Assembly: GCA_032718475.1 (NCBI GenBank)
Contig: JAUCBJ010002540.1
Location: forward strand, 1 to 40,864
Direction: 5' to 3'
DNA length: 40,864 nt
DNA from: Nemertoderma westbladi
Lineage: Eukaryota; Animalia; Xenacoelomorpha
The position numbers were made by a program, and so were the translations under genes. Positions 1 to 11,889 of the stretch are shown one piece after another. The notes below the pieces were generated by a model. It was not told where the DNA came from, did no database searches, and saw nothing but the letters and a program-made list of their open reading frames with translations. How positions within the stretch are numbered: position 1 is the first letter of the stretch; the number at the start of each line of letters is the position of its first letter.

Positions 1-591
1 GTCGATGTTCTAGTAGTCCAGATTTTAGTCTAGTCAGTCGATATCCTATTCAGTAGATGATTATGTTCGGGTGAGATCCGAACCAAGATTGAGCTTCTGT
101 ATATGGGTTGCGGATAATTCGGACCAGGGTAATTTTGACCAATACTAAAAATATTATTTTTAAAAGGGTCCGAATTATTGTTAATTGTTCTATATCCCAG
201 TCCCACTTCACCATGATCCAGCCCCAAAGGCAATATAATAATACTCACTTATTAACTTTATAACTGGGGTTATAAAATCCCCACTGATATACATTAATAC
301 ATAACATATAGCATATAACTTATATATAATCTGTTGCATTAAAAGTTAGTAACATAAAACGTCTTTGACGACATACTAATGTGTGCAATTTATAGTGTAA
401 AAACCCTAATTAACTAATTTTAATTTCGTAATTTTCAGTGATTAACTACAGCTAATGAAAAATCATGAAACATAATGAAATATCCATTTTCTTTAGCAAT
501 TAATTGAGTTAGTTTATTAAAACATTACATTATCTCCTGAAATATTGTATGTCGCAATGATATTGCATGAAATTAGAAACAGTTCAAACAG

Positions 592-3500
592 AGATAATTT
601 CACCCCCTCTCCTCCTAGGGTGAGTCAGATAATTTCACCTCCCTCTCCTCCTAGGGTGAGTCAGATAATTTCACCTCCTCTCCTCCTAGGGTGAGTCAGA
701 TAATTTCACCTCCCTCCCCTCCTGGGTGAGTCAGATAATTTCACCTCCCTCCCCTCCTGGGTGAGTCAGATAATTTCACCTCCCTCCCCTCCTGGGTGAG
801 TCAGATAATTTCACCTCCCTCTCCTCCTAGGGTGAGTCAGATAATTTCACCTCCCTCCCCTCCTGGGTGAGTCAGATAATTTCACCTCCCTCCCCTCCTG
901 GGTGAGTCAGATAATTTCACCTCCCTCCCCTCCTGGGTGAGTCAGATAATTTCACCTCCCTCTCCTCCTAGGGTGAGTCAGATAATTTCACCTCCCTCTC
1001 CTCCTAGGGTGAGTCAGATAATTTCACCTCCCTCTCCTCCTAGGGTGAGTCAGATAATTTCACCTCCCTCTCCTCCTAGGGTGAGTCAGATAATTTCACC
1101 TCCCTCTCCTCTTAGGGTGAGTCAGATAATTTCACCTCCCTCTCCTCCTAGGGTGAGTCAGATAATTTCACCCCCTCTCCTCCTAGGGTGAATCAGATAA
1201 TTTCACCCCCTCTCCTCCTAGGGTGAGTCAGATAATTTCACCTCCGTCTCCTCCTAGGGTGAGTCAGATAATTTCACCTCCCTCTCCTCCTAGGGTGATT
1301 CAGATAATTTCACCTCCCTCTCCTCCTAGGGTGAGTCAGATAATTTCACCTCCGTCTCAACCTAGGGTGAGTCAGATAATTTCACCTCCGTCTCCTCCTA
1401 GGGTGAGTCAGATAATTTCACCTCCCTCTCCTCCTAGGGTGAGTCAGATAATTTCACCTCCGTCTCCTCCTAGGGTGAGTCAGATAATTTCACCTCCCTC
1501 TCCTCCTAGGGTGATTCAGATAATTTCACCTCCCTCTCCTCCTAGGGTGAGTCAGATAATTTCACCTCCGTCTCCTTCTAGGGTGAGTCAGATAATTTCA
1601 ACTCCCTCTCCTCCTAGGGTGATTCAGATAATTTCACCTCCCTCTCCTCCTAGGGTGAGTCAGATAATTTCACCTCCGTCTCCTCCTAGGGTGAGTCAGA
1701 TAATTTTACCCCCTCTCCTCCTAGGGTGAGTCAGATAATTTCACCCCCTCTCCTCCTAGGATGAGTCAGATAATTTCACCCCCTCTCCTCCTAGGGTGAG
1801 TCAGATAATTTCACCCCCTCTCCTCCTAGGGTGAGTCAGATAATTTCACCTCCGTCTCCTCCTAGGGTGAGTCAGATAATTTCACCTCTGTCTCCTCCTA
1901 GGGTGAGTCAGATAATTTCACCCCCTCTCCCCCTAGGGTGAGTCAGATAATTTCACCCCCTCTCCTCCTAGGGTGAGTCAGATAATTTCACCTCCCTCTC
2001 CTCCTAGGGTGAGTCAGATAATTTCACCCCCTCTCCTCCTAGGGTGAGTCAGATAATTTCACCTCCGTCTCCTCCTAGGGTGAGTCAGATAATTTCACCT
2101 CCGTCTCCTCCTAGGGTGAGTCAGATAATTTCACCTCCGTCTCCTCCTAGGGTGAGTCAGATAATTTCACCTCCCTCTCCTCCTAGGGTGAGTCAGATAA
2201 TTTAACCTCCCTCTCCTCCTAGGGTGAGTCAGATAATTTCACCGCCTCTCCTCCTAGGGTGAGTCAGATAATTTCACCCCCTCTCCTCCTAGGGTGAGTC
2301 AGATAATTTCACCCTCTCTCCTCCTAGGGTGAGTCAGATGATTTCACCTCCCTCTCCTCCTAGGGTGAGTCAGATAATTTCACCTCCCTCTCCTCCTAGG
2401 GTGAGTCAGATAATTTCACCTCCCTCTCCTCTTAGGGTGAGTCAGCTAATTTCACCTCCGTCTCCTCCTAGGGTGAGTCAGATAATTTCACCTCCGTCTC
2501 CTCCTAGGGTGAGTCAGATAATTTCACCTCCCTCTCCTCCTAGGGTGAGTCAGATAATTTCACCTCCCTCTCCTCCTAGGGTGAGTCAGATAATTTCACC
2601 TCCCTCTCCTCCTAGGGTGAGTCAGATAATTTCACCTCCCTCTCCTCCTAGGGTGAGTCAGATAATTTCACCTCCCTCTCCTCCTAGGGTGAGTCAGATA
2701 ATTTCACCTCCCTCTCCTCCTAGGGTGAGTCAGATAATTTCACCTCCCTCTCCTCCTAGGGTGAGTCAGATAATTTCACCTCCCTCTCCTCCTAGGGTTA
2801 GTCAGATAATTTCACCTCCCTCTCCTCCTAGGGTGAGTCAGATAATTTCACCTCCCTCTCCTCCTAGGGTGAGTCAGATAATTTCACCTCCCTCTCCTCC
2901 TAGGGTGAGTCAGATAATTTCACCTCCCTCTCCTCCTAGGGTGAGTCAGATAATTTCACCCCCTCTCCTCCTAGGGTGAGTCAGATAATTTCACCCCCTC
3001 TCCTCCTAGGGTGAGTCAGATAATTTCACCCCCTCTCCTCCTAGGGTGAGTCAGATAATTTCACCCCCTCTCCTCCTAGGGTGAATCAGATAATTTCACC
3101 CCCTCTCCTCCTAGGGTGAGTCAGATAATTTCACCTCCGTCTCCTCCTAGGGTGCGTCAGATAATTTCACCTCCCTCTCCTCCTAGGGTGATTCAGATAA
3201 TTTCACCTCCCTCTCCTCCTAGGGTGAGTCAGATAATTTCACCTCCGTCTCCTCCTAGGGTGAGTCAGATAATTTCACCTCCGTCTCCTCCTAGGGTGAG
3301 TCAGATAATTTCACCTCCCTCTCCTCCTAGGGTGAGTCAGATAATTTCACCTCCGTCTCCTCCTAGGGTGAGTCAGATAATTTCACCTCCCTCTCCTCCT
3401 AGGGTGATTCAGATAATTTCACCTCCCTCTCCTCCTAGGGTGAGTCAGATAATTTCACCTCCGTCTCCTCCTAGGGTGAGTCAGATAATTTCAACTCCCT

Positions 3501-6500
3501 CTCCTCCTAGGGTGATTCAGATAATTTCACCTCCCTCTCCTCCTAGGGTGAGTCAGATAATTTCACCTCCGTCTCCTCCTAGGGTGAGTCAGATAATTTC
3601 ACCCCCTCTCCTCCTAGGGTGAGTCAGATAATTTCACCTCCGTCTCCTCCTAGGGTGAGTCAGATAATTTCACCTCTGTCTCCTCCTAGGGTGAGTCAGA
3701 TAATTTCACCCCCTCTCCCCCTAGGGTGAGTCAGATAATTTCACCCCCTCTCCTCCTAGGGTGAGTCAGATAATTTCACCTCCCTCTCCTCCTAGGGTGA
3801 GTCAGATAATTTCACCCCCTCTCCTCCTAGGGTGAGTCAGATAATTTCACCTCCCTCTCCTCCTAGGGTGAGTCAGATAATTTCACCCCCTCTCCTCCTA
3901 GGGTGAGTCAGATAATTTCACCCCCTCTCCTCCTAGGGTGAGTCAGATAATTTCACCTCCCTCTCCTCCTAGGGTGAGTCAGATAATTTCACCTCCCTCT
4001 CCTCCTAGGGTGAGTCAGATAATTTCACCTCCCTCTCCTCTTAGGGTGAGTCAGCTAATTTCACCTCCGTCTCCTCCTAGGGTGAGTCAGATAATTTCAC
4101 CTCCGTCTCCTCCTAGGGTGAGTCAGATAATTTCACCTCCCTCTCCTCCTAGGGTGAGTCAGATAATTTCACCTCCTCTCCACCTAGGGTGAGTCAGATA
4201 ATTTCACCTCCCTCTCCTCCTAGGGTGAGTCAGATAATTTCACCTCCCTCTCCTCCTAGGGTGAGTCAGATAATTTCACCTCCGTCTCCTCCTAGGGTGA
4301 GTCAGATAATTTCACCCCCCTCTCCTCCTAGGGTGAGTCAGATAATTTCACCTCCCTCTCCTCCTAGGGTGAGTCAGATAATTTCACCTCCCTCTCCTCC
4401 TAGGGTGAGTCAGATAATTTCACCTCCCTCTCCTCCTAGGGTGAGTAAGATAATTTCACGTCCCTGTCCTCCTAGGGTGAGTCAGATAATTTCACTTCCG
4501 TCTCCTCCTAGGGTGAGTCAGATAATTTCACCTCCGTCTCCTCCTAGGGTGAGTCAGCTAATTTCACCTCCCTCTCCTCCTAGGGTGAGTCAGATAATTT
4601 CACCTCCGTCTCCTCCTAGGGTGAGTCAGATAATTTCACCCCCTCTCCTCCTAGGGTGAGTCAGATAATTTCACCTCCCTCTCCTCCTAGGGTGAGTCAG
4701 ATAATTTCACCCCCTCTCCTCCTAGGGTGAGTCAGATAATTTCACCTCCGTCTCCTCCTAGGGTGAGTCAGATAATTTCACCTCCGTCTCCTCCTAGGGT
4801 GAGTCAGATAATTTCACCTCCCTCTCCTCCTAGGGTGAGTCAGATAATTTAACCTCCCTCTCCTCCTAGGGTGAGTCAGATAATTTCACCGCCTCTCCTC
4901 CTAGGGTGAGTCAGATAATTTCACCCCCTCTCCTCCTAGGGTGAGTCAGATAATTTCACCCTCTCTCCTCCTAGGGTGAGTCAGATGATTTCACCTCCCT
5001 CTCCTCCTAGGGTGAGTCAGATAATTTCACCTCCCTCTCCTCCTAGGGTGAGTCAGATAATTTCACCTCCCTCTCCTCTTAGGGTGAGTCAGCTAATTTC
5101 ACCTCCGTCTCCTCCTAGGGTGAGTCAGATAATTTCACCTCCGTCTCCTCCTAGGGTGAGTCAGATAATTTCACCTCCCTCTCCTCCTAGGGTGAGTCAG
5201 ATAATTTCACCTCCCTCTCCTCCTAGGGTGAGTCAGATAATTTCACCTCCCTCTCCTCCTAGGGTGAGTCAGATAATTTCACCTCCCTCTCCTCCTAGGG
5301 TGAGTCAGATAATTTCACCTCCCTCTCCTCCTAGGGTGAGTCAGATAATTTCACCTCCCTCTCCTCCTAGGGTGAGTCAGATAATTTCACCTCCCTCTCC
5401 TCCTAGGGTGAGTCAGATAATTTCACCTCCCTCTCCTCCTAGGGTTAGTCAGATAATTTCACCTCCCTCTCCTCCTAGGGTGAGTCAGATAATTTCACCT
5501 CCCTCTCCTCCTAGGGTGAGTCAGATAATTTCACCTCCCTCTCCTCCTAGGGTGAGTCAGATAATTTCACCTCCCTCTCCTCCTAGGGTGAGTCAGATAA
5601 TTTCACCCCCTCTCCTCCTAGGGTGAGTCAGATAATTTCACCCCCTCTCCTCCTAGGGTGAGTCAGATAATTTCACCCCCTCTCCTCCTAGGGTGAGTCA
5701 GATAATTTCACCCCCTCTCCTCCTAGGGTGAATCAGATAATTTCACCCCCTCTCCTCCTAGGGTGAGTCAGATAATTTCACCTCCGTCTCCTCCTAGGGT
5801 GCGTCAGATAATTTCACCTCCCTCTCCTCCTAGGGTGATTCAGATAATTTCACCTCCCTCTCCTCCTAGGGTGAGTCAGATAATTTCACCTCCGTCTCCT
5901 CCTAGGGTGAGTCAGATAATTTCACCTCCGTCTCCTCCTAGGGTGAGTCAGATAATTTCACCTCCCTCTCCTCCTAGGGTGAGTCAGATAATTTCACCTC
6001 CGTCTCCTCCTAGGGTGAGTCAGATAATTTCACCTCCCTCTCCTCCTAGGGTGATTCAGATAATTTCACCTCCCTCTCCTCCTAGGGTGAGTCAGATAAT
6101 TTCACCTCCGTCTCCTCCTAGGGTGAGTCAGATAATTTCAACTCCCTCTCCTCCTAGGGTGATTCAGATAATTTCACCTCCCTCTCCTCCTAGGGTGAGT
6201 CAGATAATTTCACCTCCGTCTCCTCCTAGGGTGAGTCAGATAATTTCACCCCCTCTCCTCCTAGGGTGAGTCAGATAATTTCACCCCCTCTCCTCCTAGG
6301 GTGAGTCAGATAATTTCACCCCCTCTCCTCCTAGGGTGAGTCAGATAATTTCACCCCCTCTCCTCCTAGGGTGAGTCAGATAATTTCACCTCCGTCTCCT
6401 CCTAGGGTGAGTCAGATAATTTCACCTCTGTCTCCTCCTAGGGTGAGTCAGATAATTTCACCCCCTCTCCCCCTAGGGTGAGTCAGATAATTTCACCCCC

Positions 6501-7671
6501 TCTCCTCCTAGGGTGAGTCAGATAATTTCACCTCCCTCTCCTCCTAGGGTGAGTCAGATAATTTCACCCCCTCTCCTCCTAGGGTGAGTCAGATAATTTC
6601 ACCTCCCTCTCCTCCTAGGGTGAGTCAGATAATTTCACCCCCTCTCCTCCTAGGGTGAGTCAGATAATTTCACCCCCTCTCCTCCTAGGGTGAGTCAGAT
6701 AATTTCACCTCCCTCTCCTCCTAGGGTGAGTCAGATAATTTCACCTCCCTCTCCTCCTAGGGTGAGTCAGATAATTTCACCTCCCTCTCCTCTTAGGGTG
6801 AGTCAGCTAATTTCACCTCCGTCTCCTCCTAGGGTGAGTCAGATAATTTCACCTCCGTCTCCTCCTAGGGTGAGTCAGATAATTTCACCTCCCTCTCCTC
6901 CTAGGGTGAGTCAGATAATTTCACCTCCTCTCCACCTAGGGTGAGTCAGATAATTTCACCTCCCTCTCCTCCTAGGGTGAGTCAGATAATTTCACCTCCC
7001 TCTCCTCCTAGGGTGAGTCAGATAATTTCACCTCCGTCTCCTCCTAGGGTGAGTCAGATAATTTCACCCCCCTCTCCTCCTAGGGTGAGTCAGATAATTT
7101 CACCTCCCTCTCCTCCTAGGGTGAGTCAGATAATTTCACCTCCCTCTCCTCCTAGGGTGAGTCAGATAATTTCACCTCCCTCTCCTCCTAGGGTGAGTAA
7201 GATAATTTCACCTCCCTGTCCTCCTAGGGTGAGTCAGATAATTTCACTTCCGTCTCCTCCTAGGGTGAGTCAGATAATTTCACCTCCCTCTCCTCCTAGG
7301 GTGAGTCAGATAATTTCACCTCCCTCTCCTCCTAGGGTGAGTCAGATAATTTCACCTCCCTCTCCTCCTAGGGTGAGCCAGATAATTTCACCTCCCTCTC
7401 CTCCTAGGGTGAGTCAGATAATTTCACCTCCCTCTCATCCTAGGGTGAGTCAGATAATTTCACCTCCCTCTCCTCCTAGGGTGAGTCAGATAATTTCACC
7501 TCCCTCTCCTCCTAGGGTGAGTCAGATAATTTCTCCTCCCTCTCCTCCTAGGGTGAGTCGGATAATTTCACCTCCATCTCCTCCTAGGGTGAGTCAGATA
7601 ATTTCACCTCCCTCTCCTCCTAGGGTGAGTCAGATAATTTAACCTCCCTCTCCTCCTAGGGTGAGTCAGAT
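592..7671. repeat. 35/36-bp minisatellite, ~200 units, consensus GAGTCAGATAATTTCACCTCCCTCTCCTCCTAGGGT
   Basis: Directly visible tandem array. 35-bp variants (CACCCCCTC) break the VSQIISPPSPPR reading frame repeatedly. Diagnostic variants recur at a 2647-bp offset. Confidence 0.98.
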
Positions 7672-7677
7672 TGTAAT

Positions 7678-8345
7678 TGTTAGGTCCGCGTGTAGCGAGA
7701 CTTCTCGTGTTCACTCCGTTGTTGTTGTTGTTGTTGGTGGTGTTGTGCAACCCTTAATTGATATATTGAATTTATCTTTAAAAAACCGCCAGGATCTAAA
7801 CTGATTACGAATTATAGCAGCCAATAAAAGGGAGTGGAGAGAAACTTTACAGGACGCACGTCGTAGGCGATCACTCGTCCCCGGCGTCTCTTAGATGCGC
7901 AAAAGTGATTGTCCATTACTAGCTAATTTGCCTTAGGTAACTTTTTTAATTTTCGCCTGAAACCAAAAAGCAAAAACTCTAGTGAATTATCAACCAATAT
8001 TATGGACAGGATCTATATGAGAGAAAATAAGGGCTGGATAAATAAGTATATAATTGTGATACTCTATACTGCTTACATATTACTGTAGCATACAAAGAGC
8101 AGGGGACCTAATCTTCCACTTCCTTGCGGTATTACGATTTACGAAAATCTGAAAATTCATAGATCAGATTTAGCCTACCAAGATGAGATTCCAGTTCTAA
8201 ACAAAAAACAGAACGTTCTAGAATTTCAGATAAAATAATTAAGATACTAACAGTCTGTAACTACAGGTTCTACTTATCTACTTTACTATTCCTTTTATAG
8301 AGGTACAACCTTAGCTAATTTCAGTTCGCCTGGAACTAAATTATC
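7678..8345 (+). mobile_element. Candidate non-autonomous Helentron-type (HINE/DINE-like) element
   Basis: 5' imperfect inverted repeat AGGTCCGC…GCGAGACTT (7682-7703), then a (GTT)n microsatellite (7718-7736). Partial inverted copy GGACCTAA near 8104. 3' stem-loop TAATTTCAGTTC-GCCTG-GAACTAAATTA (8316-8343). The call rests on architecture only. Confidence 0.35.
7751..7895 (+). pseudogene. Degraded 3' end of a non-LTR retrotransposon ORF (RTE-like C-terminus)
   Basis: Manual translation PLIDILNLSLKNRQDLN*LRIIAANKREWRETLQDARR resembles the 'DL..LR..A.DR..WR' C-terminal motif of RTE-type ORFs. It contains an internal stop. Confidence 0.4.
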
Positions 8346-8377
8346 TACGATATACAAAATAAAGTAGGCGTTCCTGA

Positions 8378-8500
8378 TGACCGGCTACGACATATAGACG
8401 AACTGGAAAGGGACACTGGATAATAAATTACCACAACCATGGAGAATCGGCAATCCTGGAAGAATCTCAATTCCATTGTCGATCTCGCTCGACGTAGTAA
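8378..8500 (+). pseudogene. Degraded 3' end of an RTE-type retrotransposon, distinct from the 22.5-kb copy
   Basis: With one frameshift it reads PATTY/DELERDTG**ITTTMENRQSWK, paralleling PMTFLRRILKDTGL…MGDRELWR of the RTE at 23.5 kb. It ends in …CGTAGTAA. Confidence 0.5.
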
Positions 8501-9156
8501 CAGCGACATGTCATTGCAATGAAGAGTTTCAATGATGGTCCTCTGTTTCAGTAACCTAAATGCATTTTCGGTAAAACTATATTCTAAATTGTAAATTACC
8601 TCGTCTCGCTTTGATGCAAAAAAATTATTCAACTTTCGAATACGCAAATCTCGGCTATTTCAATGAAATTTTCACATTGTTACATATTTTGAATGCGCGA
8701 TTTGTCACCTTTCTCTATTTCCAATTTCACACAATCTCATAAATCGTTTGTTGAATTGAGTTTTTTCTTTGAGCGATAAAATTTGTTTAAATAATTATTA
8801 TGTAAATAATTCGTACCATCAATTTCTTTAAATGTTAAAAAAATGTTTTACAATTTAAATTTTATCTAGTAGGTGTATAGGTGGTATATAAGGGAAAACT
8901 TAAATGTTATTGTTAGAAAAAGAGGTTGATTCCTAGCAATCATATACGTCTCACTACTACAATATCTACATTATTACATTAAAGTACACAGTAGTACACA
9001 TTGCAGTAAATACAATTACAAGTTACATTTAGTTATTCTTGAAAAGTGGCTTCTCAAGACATCCATCAAGTACAAATTAAACTAACACTACAGTACATTA
9101 CATATAATGATATCAATTTAGAATTTTAGAGAAGTTATAATTGGGATCCATCGCGA

Positions 9157-10226
9157 TTAATTAACCATGGTGGTTGTCATTGGTTGATTTCTCGTAGTTA
9201 TAGTTACCATCTGCATGGATGTAGTTACATTAACAGGATAACCCAATCTTTTGCGACATCGATTAAAGAATTTCTTGCATTCCTTTTGAAATTTAGGTGA
9301 CATTACAGAATAAATGATTGGATTGACAGCATAGGAGAAGTTAAATAAAGTTGCTAAGAAAGCCAGGGCAACTATATTTACCAGTTGATCAATTCTTTGA
9401 GTATGTACTTGAATAATCATCATGGATATGGTAGGCATATAAAGTACAATAAATACAGCTGTTATTAAAAGAAGTAGCATTGCCATTTTGGTCTCTGCGC
9501 TGTAGACTTTTGTCTTTCGTAAGATACTTGATTTTCTCTCGAATATAGTAGACCTCCTTCCCGGCTCACTTGATTTACCTTTTGCAGGGGGACATGACTC
9601 TATTTCATCTGAACAACTTCGATCGTCGACCTCCTCATTATTAACGGGTTGCAGCTTCATCGATTTTGTCGTGTGGCCTTTCATTCTTTTGCGGAGCTTC
9701 GCTTGTCGATGAATGGTGGCGAAGATAAATGAATAAACGATCGTCATAACGGCAATGCTAATTATCACAACAATTATAAAGAAAATTAGAAAGAAGGTTT
9801 TGTATGTTGAGCTGAAGTCGTAGTTTTCTCCAATATGTAATGCAGGAATTATAACTCCAGGAGCGGTGATAACCGCTGCAATCAAACAGGCTGCTATGAC
9901 CATGCATTTAGCACGAAACGGTGTAGCATAATATTTGTATCTGTGAGGCATGCAAACAGCTAGGTATCGGTCACCAGTAATCTCTAGAAGCAGCACAAGT
10001 GATGATGTGGTAAAAAATCTCGCCAGCCCATCATCACATATCGATAGAATTTCATCGATGCCAAAATATATAAAAGCTTTATATTCTATGGCTGTGGAGA
10101 AAGGAAGGTATATAAGACAGGCGGCGAAGTCGATTATAGCTAATCCTATGATAAAATAATCCGACACAGAATTTCTTGCCTTTTTCTCCAAGTAAGTCAG
10201 GAGAACCAACATATTGCCATTTAAGC
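9157..10226 (-). CDS. Class A (rhodopsin-like) GPCR, main coding exon (TM1 second half to C-terminus)
   Basis: Seven-TM pattern: GN in TM1, LAxxD in TM2 (GLAIIDF), DRY (GDRYLAVC), a long basic ICL3, TM6 FIVLYMP and NPIIY in TM7 followed by helix 8. The ORF-track start is TTG, with an in-frame TAG shortly upstream and no ATG between them. A strong acceptor TCTTTTTTGTTTCTAG|GC sits at 10227/10226. Confidence 0.93.
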
Positions 10227-10394
10227 CTAGAAACAAAAAAGATTGTATGGTTGGTATGATATAAACTGAAACAATTTGAAACTAAACATAAATATTAACA
10301 AAGTCACCCCAGAACGCTCAATAGTTTTGCAAATATACGACATATCATTGATATGTTATATGTTATAGGTCCAATATGAATACCATTCTTAACA

Positions 10395-11030
10395 AATTCT
10401 TAACACCCCGAGCGGGGTAACAGGTTATGTTTTATTTAATTAACTATTAGTATTATACAGTGTAATTTAAAATACGAAATTAAAATAATTTAAAATATAA
10501 TAGGTAAAAATAATACTAAATGGAGAATAATCCGAAGACAGAACTAGAGGCTTCCTAGAAGGGATAGGTGAGGGCAACTCGCACATCTAATAGCATGGAG
10601 CCGGTCGGAAGCAGGACCCCCGCAGTAGATACAGGTGCAGGCATCCCCAAGTTCGTGAAAGGGGGTTTTATTTCGGCATATTTTCCAATGAAAACCATGG
10701 ACAGTTACTCGAGTTATGAGGTGTCGATTCTTTTGGCCGGGAGAGCGCGACTGTGATGTTGTAAATGCAGGGCCTTCGGAATAATTTTCTGCAACAAATA
10801 AGCTTTCTTTTGTCTGGCGATGTAGTCGATATTGTTCTAGAACAGTAGGTTCAAACATTGAAGGATAACGCAGTGACAAATCTTCTATGTATGTGTTCGT
10901 TGGAATCATTTTCAGGGCCACGGTGGAAGATGCATTTTTTGGCAAACCAAGAAGACGTTTCACATAAGTTGATTTGATGATATCAATTTGTTTAAGGTTC
11001 GCAAGAGTAAAGAACAAGCCAATTAATTCT
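10395..11030 (-). mobile_element. 3' fragment of a non-LTR retrotransposon (post-RT region plus C-terminal CCHC-like motif and 3' UTR)
   Basis: ORF 10544..11092 contains LKQIDIIKSTYVKRLLGLPKNASST (typical post-RT segment) and CTCIYCGGPASDRLHAIRC (zinc-knuckle-like). The AT-rich 3' UTR ends in the hairpin ACCCCG-AG-CGGGGT (10405-10418) and a duplicated ATTCTTAACA. Confidence 0.7.
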
Positions 11031-11140
11031 TCTAGAATGAGTAATTTCTTCAATATCATTGATTGTGATGACGGATGGCAACATGGCATCATCGTGCCAG
11101 TCAGTATCTAAAATGGATGCTAAACTGGGGGTCATAACAT

Positions 11141-11880
11141 CACTCGACCGCTGATGATCTCTGCATTGTGCTGTGCTCACTCGACCGCTGATGATCTCTA
11201 CATTGTGCTGTGCTCACTCGACCGCTGATGATATCTGCATTGTGCTGTGCTCACTCGACCGCTGATGATCTCTGCATTGTGCTGGGCTCACTCGACCGCT
11301 GATGATCTCTGCATTGTGCTGTGCTCACTCGACCGCTGATGATATCTGCATTGTGCTGTGCTCACTCGACCGCTGATGATCTCTGCATTGTGCTGGGCTC
11401 ACTCGATCGCTGATGATCTCTGCATTGTGCTGTGCTCACTCGACTGCTGATGATCTCTGCATTGTGCTGGGCTCACTCGACTGCTGATGATCTCTACATT
11501 GTGCTGTGCTCACTCGACCGCTGATGATATCTGCATTGTGCTGTGCTCACTGGACCGCTGATGAACTCTGCATTGTGCTGTGCTCACTGGACCGCTGATG
11601 AACTCTGCATTGTGCTGGGCTCACTCGAACGCTGATGATCTCTGCATTGTGCTGGGCTCACTCGACCGCTGATGATCTCTGCATTGTGCTGTGCTCACTC
11701 GACTGCTGATGATCTCTGCATTGTGCTGGGCTCACTCGACTGCTGATGATCTCTGCATTGTGCTGTGCTCACTCGACCGCTGATGATCTCTGCATTGTGC
11801 TGGGCTCACTCGACCACTGATGATCTCTGCATTGTGCTGTGCTCACTCGACCGCTGATGATCTCTGCATTGTGCTGGGCT
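11141..11880. repeat. 37-bp minisatellite, 20 units, CACTCGACCGCTGATGATCTCTGCATTGTGCTG(T/G)GCT
   Basis: 740 bp equals 20 x 37, with phase preserved throughout. Confidence 0.97.
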
Positions 11881-11889
11881 TACTACATG

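Noticed and set aside
30-248. 72-aa minus-strand ORF and the 100-aa ORF at 8345..8647
   Set aside because: Neither has recognisable motifs or an ATG start. The latter overlaps a decayed RTE fragment on the opposite strand.
937-7642. Extensin-like proline-rich ORFs (VSQIISPPSPPR)n
   Set aside because: They are translations of the 36-bp minisatellite, with GTG starts, frequent 35-bp frameshifting units and no signal peptide or unique domain.
10227-10265. Alternative GPCR acceptor TTGTTTCAG at 10266/10265, or TTG start at 10236
   Set aside because: It is the same phase but would insert YIIPTIQSFLFL into TM1. The acceptor at 10226 has the stronger pyrimidine tract and yields canonical TM1 spacing. 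It is not fully excluded.
11141-11880. Hammerhead ribozyme or C/D-box snoRNA array (CTGATGA in every 37-bp unit)
   Set aside because: There is no GAAA core or stem II for a hammerhead. The C and D motifs overlap without terminal stems and lie antisense to the host intron.
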